Assembly (NCBI GenBank): GCA_023245155.1
Contig: JAHFKV010000001.1
Coordinates: 331,034-395,033 of the forward strand
Length of the DNA: 64,000 nucleotides
Origin: Candidatus Staskawiczbacteria bacterium
GTDB taxonomy: Bacteria > Patescibacteriota > Minisyncoccia > Minisyncoccales > Staskawiczbacteraceae
Reading direction: 5' to 3'
Positions 36,854 through 44,333 of this stretch are shown piece after piece. The position numbers were made by a program, and so were the translations under genes. The notes beneath the pieces are model-generated. The model did no database searches, was not told the origin of the DNA, and saw only the letters and a list, made by a program, of their open reading frames with translations. The first letter of the stretch is position 1. Each line of letters opens with the position of its first letter.

Positions 36854-37570
36854 GTGATTGACTGTAAACACATCACTAAAATTTACAAAAGCGGGTCCGA
36901 TGAAACCGTTGTGCTGCGTGACGTTTCTTTTAAAATTAATGATGGGGAATTTGTGGCCATCATGGGGCCTTCGGGCAGCGGCAAATCAACATTAATGCAC
37001 ATTTTGGGGGCGCTGGACTCGCCAACCAGCGGCCAGTATTTTTTAGATAAAAGAGACGTTTCAAGCCTTTCCGATGACGAATTGGCCGTGGTTAGGAAAC
37101 ATAACATCGGGTTTGTGTTCCAAGCGTACAACTTATTGAAACGTGCCAGCGTCTTGCGCAACGTGACGCTGCCCTTGCTGTATGCGGGCGTGCCAACCCG
37201 GCAACGGCAAGAAAAAGCCATGGAAGCTTTAATTTCTGCAGGTATGCCCAAAGACCGCTGGCACTATTTATCCAATGAACTTTCCGGCGGCCAAATGCAA
37301 CGAGTGGCCATCGCCCGGGCTTTGGTTAACAACCCCTCCCTTATTTTAGCCGATGAACCAACGGGAAACCTGGATTCTGTAACCGGGGAAATCGTGCTGG
37401 CTACCTTTCAAAAGTTGAACCAGGAAAAAAAGTGTACGATTATTTTAATTACCCACGAATTATACGTAGCCGAACATGCCGACCGGATCATCCATATTAA
37501 AGACGGCCAGATTACCAAGGATGAAAAAAATAGTAAAAAACGAAACGCAATAATTTCTGAAAAGAATTGA
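36854..37570 (+). CDS. ABC transporter ATP-binding protein (MacB/LolD type)
   Basis: [39 protein letters not shown] start. Confidence 0.9.
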   Translation: MIDCKHITKIYKSGSDETVVLRDVSFKINDGEFVAIMGPSGSGKSTLMHILGALDSPTSGQYFLDKRDVSSLSDDELAVVRKHNIGFVFQAYNLLKRASVLRNVTLPLLYAGVPTRQRQEKAMEALISAGMPKDRWHYLSNELSGGQMQRVAIARALVNNPSLILADEPTGNLDSVTGEIVLATFQKLNQEKKCTIILITHELYVAEHADRIIHIKDGQITKDEKNSKKRNAIISEKN

Positions 37571-37577
37571 ACATTTC

Positions 37578-38801
37578 ATGAATGCAGAAGATATTTTCCA
37601 AGAAACATTTGCTGCGCTTACCGTAAATAAATTGCGGTCCGGTTTGACCATGCTGGGAGTTATTATAGGCATCGCTTCCGTAATTGCCATGATTTCCATT
37701 GGCCAGGGGGCGCAAGGTTCCATCCAAAGTCGCATCCAATCAATCGGCTCAAACCTGATTTTAATTACTCCTGGATTTACACGCGGGGTGGGCACCCAGG
37801 TTTCAACCGGCAGGGGTTCGGCCCAAACCCTCACCTCAGAAGATGCCAGCGCCCTTTCGGGTATTGCGAGTGTTAAGGCCATTGCTCCTGAAGAATCAAA
37901 GCGTTACCAAGTAACTGCCACCGGGAAAAATACCAACACTTCAGTTAATGGCACTGTTCCCGCGTATACTGAAGTGCGGAATTTAGAAATTGACACCGGT
38001 TCATTTATTACCGATGAAAATGTTTCTTCGGCCTCAAAAGTGGCGGTGCTGGGACCAACTACGAGAGATGATTTATTTGGCGTTGGGGCGGGAGATGTTA
38101 TTGGCGAATCTATCCGCATAAACCATATTAATTTTAAAATCATTGGCATTACCAAATCAAAAGGCGGCACGGGTTTTGGCAACCAAGATGATATGATTTT
38201 CGTACCATTATCAACGCTCCAAAAATATCTGTCGGGCGATCATTATGTCACCACCATCAGCGTTGCGGCTCAAAACCAAACCAGCATGGCCCAGGCTCAG
38301 CAACAAATTACCAGCACCTTGCTTGCCCGCCACAATATTTCAGATGCAACCCAGGCGGATTTCCAAATTCTCAACCAGCAAGACATTATTGCCACCGCCT
38401 CATCAGTCACCGGCATTTTTACTATTTTATTGGCATCTATTGCCGGAATTTCGCTGGTGGTCGGCGGCATTGGAATTATGAATATGATGTTGACCACCGT
38501 AACAGAGCGCACGCGCGAGATCGGTTTGCGCAAAGCCATCGGCGCTACCAAAAAAGATATCAGTCTGCAATTTTTGGCCGAATCATTTACGTTAACATTT
38601 GTGGGTGGAGTGATTGGTGTTGCCTTGGGATGGTTTATTTCTTTGGGGGTTGCCAAGTTTGCTAATATTCCCACCCAGGTTTCATTGGGATCAATTATAT
38701 TAGCGTTTGGTGTTTCAGCTTTTATCGGTATTGTGTTTGGCTATTATCCCGCACGCCGGGCAGCCGGATTAAATCCGATTGAAGCGTTAAGGTACGAATA
38801 A
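37578..38801 (+). CDS. ABC transporter permease (MacB/FtsX type)
   Basis: TM1, a large periplasmic domain, and a C-terminal FtsX 3-TM block (ERTREIGLRKAIGA). Confidence 0.85.
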   Translation: MNAEDIFQETFAALTVNKLRSGLTMLGVIIGIASVIAMISIGQGAQGSIQSRIQSIGSNLILITPGFTRGVGTQVSTGRGSAQTLTSEDASALSGIASVKAIAPEESKRYQVTATGKNTNTSVNGTVPAYTEVRNLEIDTGSFITDENVSSASKVAVLGPTTRDDLFGVGAGDVIGESIRINHINFKIIGITKSKGGTGFGNQDDMIFVPLSTLQKYLSGDHYVTTISVAAQNQTSMAQAQQQITSTLLARHNISDATQADFQILNQQDIIATASSVTGIFTILLASIAGISLVVGGIGIMNMMLTTVTERTREIGLRKAIGATKKDISLQFLAESFTLTFVGGVIGVALGWFISLGVAKFANIPTQVSLGSIILAFGVSAFIGIVFGYYPARRAAGLNPIEALRYE

Positions 38802-38822
38802 TAAAATTAACATTTTAAAAAA

Positions 38823-39218
38823 ATGCAGAAAAACACACAGTACATCGTTGCAATCGTGGCCGCATTAATTATTGCCGGCGGAGCTTTTTATGGAGGTATG
38901 ACCTATGCCAAAAGTCAGGTTCCCCAGCGCGCTGGCGGTATGATGGGCGCGAGAAACGGGCAAAGATTTATGGCCGGTGCTAATTTTATTTCCGGCGATG
39001 TGGTAGCCAAAGATGCTCAAAGTGTTACCGTAAAATTGCGTGATGGTAATTCAAGAATTGTGTTTTATTCAACGGCCACTGATGTGGGAAAGTTTGTGGC
39101 AGGTTCCATTGATGATGTTGCGGTTGGTAAAACCGTTATGGTGAATGGCAAAACCAACACCGATGGCAGTGTTACCGCTCAATCCATCCAAATACGACCG
39201 GCTATGCCCCAACCCTAG
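38823..39218 (+). CDS. Membrane-anchored small beta-domain protein (DUF5666-like)
   Basis: TM helix, then [24 protein letters not shown]...[25 protein letters not shown]. Confidence 0.45.
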   Translation: MQKNTQYIVAIVAALIIAGGAFYGGMTYAKSQVPQRAGGMMGARNGQRFMAGANFISGDVVAKDAQSVTVKLRDGNSRIVFYSTATDVGKFVAGSIDDVAVGKTVMVNGKTNTDGSVTAQSIQIRPAMPQP

Positions 39219-39288
39219 CCGGCAAACTTCCCAACATACTCTGCATTAGCTATACCACAGCCAAAGTAGGGTTTTTCTTTTTGTTTAC

Positions 39289-39316
39289 TTGACAGGTTTT
39301 GCAAGAGGCATATAAT
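39289..39316 (+). promoter_or_regulatory. Consensus sigma70-type promoter (mini-cassette C)
   Basis: TTGACA (39289-94), 16 nt, TATAAT (39311-16). Confidence 0.7.
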
Positions 39317-39361
39317 CAATTTTAATGGGTATCTTGTGATTTTTTCCAGTGGGGATATGCT

Positions 39362-39634
39362 ATGTTGCAGTGTTTCCGGCTTACGCCGCACCAAGAAGAG
39401 TGGATCTCTCGTTGGCTGCGGTACTACCAAACTGGCGTGATTACGTTTGATGACGTTATCAGGCTTTGCGAGGAAAAGTTTGGAGTTGGGCCATGGAAGG
39501 CAGAAATCGCCAAAATGATGCGGCGCAGGTCCCGCGGGGTTCCAACGGGGAACCGCCGGGTTCATCGGAGCAATTTTTGCTCCCGCATTCAACGAAGCCA
39601 CACCGGTTCACTTGGTGTGGCTTGCTTTTTTTAA
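39362..39634 (+). CDS. 90-aa basic-tailed small protein, or a structured small RNA, of unknown function
   Basis: GGGGA lies 6 nt upstream of the ATG. The ORF runs through its own terminator hairpin, and the 3' third contains three hairpins, so coding status is uncertain. Confidence 0.35.
   Translation: MLQCFRLTPHQEEWISRWLRYYQTGVITFDDVIRLCEEKFGVGPWKAEIAKMMRRRSRGVPTGNRRVHRSNFCSRIQRSHTGSLGVACFF
39595..39632 (+). terminator. Intrinsic terminator
   Basis: AAGCCACACC / GGTTCACTT / GGTGTGGCTT followed by GCTTTTTTT. Confidence 0.85.
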
Positions 39635-39660
39635 AGCTATGTATATATTACCATCATCTA

Positions 39661-39689
39661 TTGACAAGGGTATTGGATAGTGATATAAT
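39661..39689 (+). promoter_or_regulatory. Consensus promoter of the DGR target gene
   Basis: TTGACA (39661-66), 17 nt, TATAAT (39684-89). Confidence 0.7.
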
Positions 39690-39746
39690 TAAAATATAGG
39701 GTGAAATATCCTATTTTAAGCACATTTACATCAAAAAAGAGAAGAT

Positions 39747-39796
39747 GGTTATGGCTAAGAGACACCAAACTAATTTGGTGTTTGCTAGCCATAACC
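39747..39796 (+). promoter_or_regulatory. Extended hairpin in the roughly 140-nt 5' leader of the DGR target gene
   Basis: GGTTATGGCTA pairs with TAGCCATAACC (11 bp) and ACACCAAA pairs with TTTGGTGT (8 bp). They are separated by a 4x4 internal loop, with apical loop CTAA. Confidence 0.55.
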
Positions 39797-39835
39797 ACAC
39801 ATGTAGCCTTTACTTTTTCGCCCAAAGGAGTTCCC

Positions 39836-40432
39836 ATGGCCGTCGCAGTCGCAACCGCAAACGCATCTGAAATCCTGTCCGTTCGGGAACTCAATGAGTT
39901 CGCCAAGATGGCAGGTCCCGACAACGTCCGCGCTGTTCTGGCCGGCCACGCCACCCTTACGGTGGAAAGGCTCCTTGTCGAAAAGGGGTTCGTGGACGCC
40001 AAGGCCGTCAAGAGTTTTCTGCCCGCCGACCGTCTCAAAGCTTGCAACATCGGCTTCACGGGCAGCAACTTTGACCGCGTCTTTCTGAAGAAGAACCAGC
40101 CAGCGGCGCCGGCTTGCCGTATGACCCGGTATCACCTGGCCAAGGATTTGCTGGATGACCCCATCCGCAAGGCGCTGGGCGAAGGCCACGAAGGCTCCCT
40201 AGGCTACCTGTTCGATCAAATCGAGCTGCAGTCCCAGGGCCAAGAGGGCGATCTGCTCACCAGCGGCTACGCCAACGTGCTGTACGTCTTCGACGATGAA
40301 GGCAAACCCTGGGCCGTGGGCGCCGGCTGGGTCTCCGTTAGCCGCTTCTGGCGCGTTGAGGCCAGTCCGGCTGGCATTCCCTACGGGTGGGGCAAGGGCG
40401 ACCGGTTCTTCTCTTGCAATTCTAAGCCCTAA
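39836..40432 (+). CDS. DGR variable (target) protein, 198 aa, no signal peptide
   Basis: AAAGGAG-N5-ATG at 39836. The visible GC rise starts here. The C-terminal 37 codons are the VR. I rejected the GTG at 39701 because it lies in the AT-rich leader. Confidence 0.8.
   Translation: MAVAVATANASEILSVRELNEFAKMAGPDNVRAVLAGHATLTVERLLVEKGFVDAKAVKSFLPADRLKACNIGFTGSNFDRVFLKKNQPAAPACRMTRYHLAKDLLDDPIRKALGEGHEGSLGYLFDQIELQSQGQEGDLLTSGYANVLYVFDDEGKPWAVGAGWVSVSRFWRVEASPAGIPYGWGKGDRFFSCNSKP
40308..40417 (+). repeat. DGR variable repeat (VR)
   Basis: 110 bp, collinear with 40763..40872. There are 21 differences, all opposite TR adenines. Confidence 0.9.
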
Positions 40433-40463
40433 GTTGCTTTGCAATTTGGGTGCTTGGAACCTG

Positions 40464-40517
40464 AGACTCTTTGAAATTTTCGTACGAAAGTGCGGAAGTT
40501 ACAAAGAGTCTTTTTTG
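40464..40517 (+). terminator. Terminator/structured element downstream of the VR
   Basis: AGACTCTTTG pairs with CAAAGAGTCT and is followed by TTTTTG. The loop encloses the perfect palindrome TTTCGTACGAAA (40478-40489). Confidence 0.6.
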
Positions 40518-40762
40518 TTTCCAAAAAAGGTGTACAATGCACCTGAGGATCAGCTTGGTACAACTGCCATGGCAATTGTACAGCGCCTTGAGGATACACG
40601 ATACAGAGTCGCCGCGGGCAAGCCCGCGGCGAGAGTTAGCTTGTATTTTTCCAAAAAAGAAAAGAATCGGTGCTATGCGCTGGCGGGCTTTGAAGCCCCA
40701 TATAAGATGCAGTCCTGAGAATATTCAAGGGACAGTGCCAAAGATGGCGCATGGTACATTTT

Positions 40763-40872
40763 CCTGGGCCGTGAACGCCAACTGGAACTCCGATAACCGC
40801 TACTGGAACGTTGAAGCCAATCCGGCTGACAATCCCAACAGGTGGAACAAGGGCAACCAGTTCTTCTCTTGC
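40763..40872 (+). repeat. DGR template repeat (TR)
   Basis: Noncoding copy with 29 adenines. In the target frame it reads AVNANWNSDNRYWNVEANPADNPNRWNKGNQFFSC (7 AAC and 2 AAT codons). Confidence 0.9.
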
Positions 40873-40874
40873 TA

Positions 40875-41255
40875 CTACTTTCTTTCCGGGCGCATATATT
40901 GTTGTGCGTCCGGTTTTATCTGCTTTTGCAGTAAACCTTTTTTCCAGCCACCCACCATTTTTCCTAAATCTTCCATATCGGCGGCAAGGGAGATATACTG
41001 CGGGTTGGAAATCAGCCGTAGCTCCCATAATAATTGAATAAAAAAACGCAGCGAATCAATATGCTCCGACACGCTTTCAAGCAAGATAATCTTTTTATTG
41101 ATAGGTGTGTATCCTGCTTTTCTTAGGAGCTCAAGCAGTTCTAAAAATAATTGATCAACCTTGTTGCCAATACCAAAGCGCGCCGTTCTTTCGATATTGC
41201 GGTGCAACCCGGTCCATATTTTGTAAACAGCTTTAGCTTTTTCCAAAACTGGCAA
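40875..41255 (-). CDS. avd: Avd-like accessory variability determinant (four-helix-bundle protein)
   Basis: An all-helical 126-aa protein with LPVLEKAKAVYKIW near the N-terminus and DLGKMVGGWKKGL near the C-terminus. TTG start with no SD. An in-frame TAA lies just upstream, after the C9 run. Confidence 0.7.
   Translation of the reverse strand: MPVLEKAKAVYKIWTGLHRNIERTARFGIGNKVDQLFLELLELLRKAGYTPINKKIILLESVSEHIDSLRFFIQLLWELRLISNPQYISLAADMEDLGKMVGGWKKGLLQKQIKPDAQQYMRPERK
40886..40920 (+). terminator. Terminator-like hairpin 14 nt after the TR, inside antisense avd
   Basis: CCGGGCGCA / 10-nt loop / TGCGTCCGG (one mismatch), followed by TTTTATC. Confidence 0.45.
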
Positions 41256-41261
41256 CAGTCT

Positions 41262-41270
41262 GGGGGGGGG
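41262..41270. repeat. G9/C9 homopolymer in the 34-bp avd-RT gap
   Basis: The sequence at 41261-41271 reads TGGGGGGGGGT. Confidence 0.95.
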
Positions 41271-41289
41271 TTAGTGGCAACGTATTTTT

Positions 41290-42303
41290 ATGAAAATCCA
41301 ATTGAGCCATAGATTTGAAGATTTGGTGATTATTGATAATTTGCTTTACGCTTGGCAGGAGTTTTTGAAAGGCAAAAAAAATAAGAAAGACGTGCAAGAG
41401 TTCCAATTCAATCTCATGGATAACATACTATCGTTGCATCAAGATCTTGTCAATAAAACCTACCGGCACGGCGGCTATGAAACCTTTAATATTTCCGACC
41501 CAAAGCCGCGAATTATCCATAAAGCCAGTGTGCGCGACCGGTTGCTGCATCATGCCATCTACCGGGTTTTGTATCCGTTTTTTGATGATACGTTTATTGC
41601 AGATTCTTTTTCGTGCAGGAATGAAAAGGGAACCCATAAGGCCATAAAACGCTTTCATGACTTTTACCATATTGTTTCAAAAAATAGTACGCGCCAGTGC
41701 TGGGTGCTAAAATGCGACATCAAAAAGTTTTTTCATTCCATTGATCAAAAAGTATTGCTTCAAATATTACGGGCTTATATTCCCAATCCGGATATTATGG
41801 ATTTGTTACAGAATATTTTGGGCAGTTTTCATGCATCAAAAGAGGGGATTGGCCTGCCGCTGGGAAACTTAACATCGCAGTTGTTTGCCAATGTGTATAT
41901 GAACCAATTTGACCAGTTTGTAAAACACACATTAAAAGCCAAACATTACATACGGTACGCCGACGACTTTGTACTATTGTCAGAAAGTAAAGATTATTTA
42001 GAAAAGTTGGTGCCTTTGATTGGAGCATTTTTACAACAAAAACTAGCATTATCATTACATCCCGATAAAGTATTTATAAAAACATTTTCTTCGGGGGTGG
42101 ACTTTTTGGGCTGGGTGAACTTTAAGGACCATGCCGTGATCAGGGCAACCACCAAAAAGAGGATGTTTAAAAGATTAAAAAAGAATTATAACGCATCAAC
42201 GTTAAGTTCTTACTTGGGGCTTTTAAAGCACGGCAATACGGGAAAAGTGAAAGATAAGATTTTAACCTTATATACAAATCCTCCAACCAATGGCGCGGCA
42301 TAA
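41290..42303 (+). CDS. DGR-type reverse transcriptase
   Basis: SFSCRNEKGTH, CDIKKFFHSID, GLPLGNLTSQLFANVYMNQFD (the DGR hallmark GNxxSQ), IRYADDFVLL, GVDFLGW. Confidence 0.9.
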   Translation: MKIQLSHRFEDLVIIDNLLYAWQEFLKGKKNKKDVQEFQFNLMDNILSLHQDLVNKTYRHGGYETFNISDPKPRIIHKASVRDRLLHHAIYRVLYPFFDDTFIADSFSCRNEKGTHKAIKRFHDFYHIVSKNSTRQCWVLKCDIKKFFHSIDQKVLLQILRAYIPNPDIMDLLQNILGSFHASKEGIGLPLGNLTSQLFANVYMNQFDQFVKHTLKAKHYIRYADDFVLLSESKDYLEKLVPLIGAFLQQKLALSLHPDKVFIKTFSSGVDFLGWVNFKDHAVIRATTKKRMFKRLKKNYNASTLSSYLGLLKHGNTGKVKDKILTLYTNPPTNGAA

Positions 42304-42387
42304 ATTACGCCGGCCCTGTTTTAGCAGCTTGCAATATATTGATTATTTCTTTTGCTGGGAATATGATGCATATGAAGCATTTCAACT

Positions 42388-44202
42388 ATGCAATCTGCCA
42401 ACAATTTTTTAGAAAAACTAAATACCGAATATGCAAAACTCCACAAGACCTATGAAGAGCTGTTTTGGCTTTCATATATGGGTGACCATTTGGTGAACGC
42501 TAAAAAAGACAAAGCTTTAGCCGCCCGGGATGCGTTCCGAAGCAGTAAAGATCATTATGAAAGAGTTAAGCAATTTAAGCTTCAAGATACCAGTTTTAAA
42601 ATTCAAAAGCGTTTAAAGATTTGGCTGGATTTTTTTGAGCGCTACCAGATTCCCTCAGAAGCCTTGGCTCTAAAAAACAAGATTAATGCCCTGGAAACCA
42701 GGATTCTCAAAGGGCAGGGAATCCGCAAGGAAGGCTACCTTGACCCCTATACTAAAAAATTTGTGGAGGCTTCCGCTCTGCGCATGCGGATGATGATAAC
42801 CACCAGCCCAGATGAAAACATCCGCAAAGCTTGCTGGCAGGCGCGCGAAAAATTGGCAACCGGATTTGTGAAAGAATATATTGCCGTGGTCAATTTGCGC
42901 AACCAATTTGCTCGCGCTCTGGGTTTTAAAGATTTTTACGATTTCAAACTGCACCGCGAAGACGGCATGACCAAGCAAGAACTGTTTTCCCTGTTTAATT
43001 CGCTATATGAAAAAACCAAGTATGCGTTTGCTGATATCCGGAAGCTGGAAAAAACGATGCCTGGTTTGCGCAAACCTTGGAATTTTGGGCATTTGATGAG
43101 CGGAGATTTTACCAAAGAAGAAGATCCTTATTTCCAGTTTGACCAAGCCCTTATGCGCTGGGGGCGTTCGTTTGCCGCTCTGGGCATTGATTACAAACAA
43201 GGAGTTTTAACCTTGGATCTGTTGGATCGGAAAGGGAAGTGGAACAACGGTTTTTGCCATTGGCCGGATTTGGTGCACTATAAAAACGGCAAACGTTTAA
43301 CTGGCAGTTCAAACTTTACCTGCAACGTGGTGGCCGGGCAAGTGGGCAGCGGAGTCCAAGGCTATGTAACCTTGTTTCATGAAGGTGGTCACGCCGCCCA
43401 CCTGTTAACTGCACAGCAGCCGGACGTTATTTTAAATCAAGAATACGCTCCCATGAGCACTGCTTGGGCTGAAGTGCAAAGCATGTTTTTAGACACCTTA
43501 TTTTCCAGCATTGAATGGAAAACCCGGTATGCCAAAAACGCAGCCGGCCAACCGTATCCTTTTGAATTATTTGAACGGAAAGTCCGGAAATTGCGTCTGT
43601 TGGCGCCCACCCGGATGAATTCTATTTTATTTGTGGCACAATATGAACGGGAAATATACGAAGCTAAAGATTTGAATACTGCCAAAGTAAAAGCCATTGC
43701 CAAAAAGAATTACCAGAAATATTTTGACATGTCTGAAGATTCCCTGTCTGCCCTCGCCGTGCCCCATATTTATTCATGGGAAAGTTCGGCGGCGTATCAT
43801 GGTTATGGCTTGGCCGAGCTGGGCCTTTCCCAGTGGCGAGAATATTTTTATAAAAAGTACGGATATATTGTAGATAACAAAAAGGTGGGGAAAGAAATGG
43901 CCAAGGTATGGAAATTGGGAGCTACGCACACGTATAAAGCATTTATCAAACTAGCCACGGGCAAGCCTATTTCCGCCGAACCCTTTTTAAGAGAGGTTAC
44001 CAAGCCTGTGGGAAAAGTTTTAAAAAGCGCTCAGGAAAAAATCAAACACTTGGAAAGGGTGCCGCAGCACAGAGGCCCTGTTACGTTAAATGCAAGCGTG
44101 CGCATGGTGCATGGTAAACAAGAAATTGCTAACAGTAAAAAGAGTTTTGAGGATATGGCCAAGCGCTATCAAGAGTGGGTGAGGCGTCAGGCCTCACGCT
44201 AA
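42388..44202 (+). CDS. M3-family oligoendopeptidase (PepF-like)
   Basis: Zinc motif FHEGGHAAH (HExxH). Size and helical architecture fit the M3 family. Confidence 0.7.
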   Translation: MQSANNFLEKLNTEYAKLHKTYEELFWLSYMGDHLVNAKKDKALAARDAFRSSKDHYERVKQFKLQDTSFKIQKRLKIWLDFFERYQIPSEALALKNKINALETRILKGQGIRKEGYLDPYTKKFVEASALRMRMMITTSPDENIRKACWQAREKLATGFVKEYIAVVNLRNQFARALGFKDFYDFKLHREDGMTKQELFSLFNSLYEKTKYAFADIRKLEKTMPGLRKPWNFGHLMSGDFTKEEDPYFQFDQALMRWGRSFAALGIDYKQGVLTLDLLDRKGKWNNGFCHWPDLVHYKNGKRLTGSSNFTCNVVAGQVGSGVQGYVTLFHEGGHAAHLLTAQQPDVILNQEYAPMSTAWAEVQSMFLDTLFSSIEWKTRYAKNAAGQPYPFELFERKVRKLRLLAPTRMNSILFVAQYEREIYEAKDLNTAKVKAIAKKNYQKYFDMSEDSLSALAVPHIYSWESSAAYHGYGLAELGLSQWREYFYKKYGYIVDNKKVGKEMAKVWKLGATHTYKAFIKLATGKPISAEPFLREVTKPVGKVLKSAQEKIKHLERVPQHRGPVTLNASVRMVHGKQEIANSKKSFEDMAKRYQEWVRRQASR

Positions 44203-44333
44203 CAAACTTTGTCTAAACAAAAATGACACTTTTGGGGGTATTTTTGCATGCACTTGCCAGTTATCCACAGATTAGTGTAGAAGAAAAGTTGACAAATAAA
44301 TTGATTAAATTAAAATGAAGATAACAAACTGCC

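Larger units (their letters stand above)
39661..42303 (+). mobile_element. Diversity-generating retroelement cassette (target/VR, TR, avd, RT)
   Basis: See the component features: a 110-bp VR/TR pair with adenine-only mismatches, an Avd-like ORF and a DGR-type RT. Confidence 0.9.

Noticed and set aside
39658-40444. Minus-strand ORFs 39658..40068, 39785..40189 and 40199..40444, and the GTG 39701 extension of the target ORF
   Set aside because: These are antisense ORFs of the kind typical for a GC-rich gene. The 39701 start lies in the AT-rich leader, downstream of the promoter but upstream of the strong AAAGGAG-ATG start at 39836.
40296-41041. ORFs 40296..40718, 40471..41037, 40811..41041 (+) and 40636..41028 (-) across the VR-TR spacer and TR
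   Set aside because: The 40471 frame only looks protein-like because it reads through the TR, which is a noncoding copy of the target C-terminus with Asn codons. The ORFs have no ribosome-binding site, cross terminator hairpins, and overlap avd.
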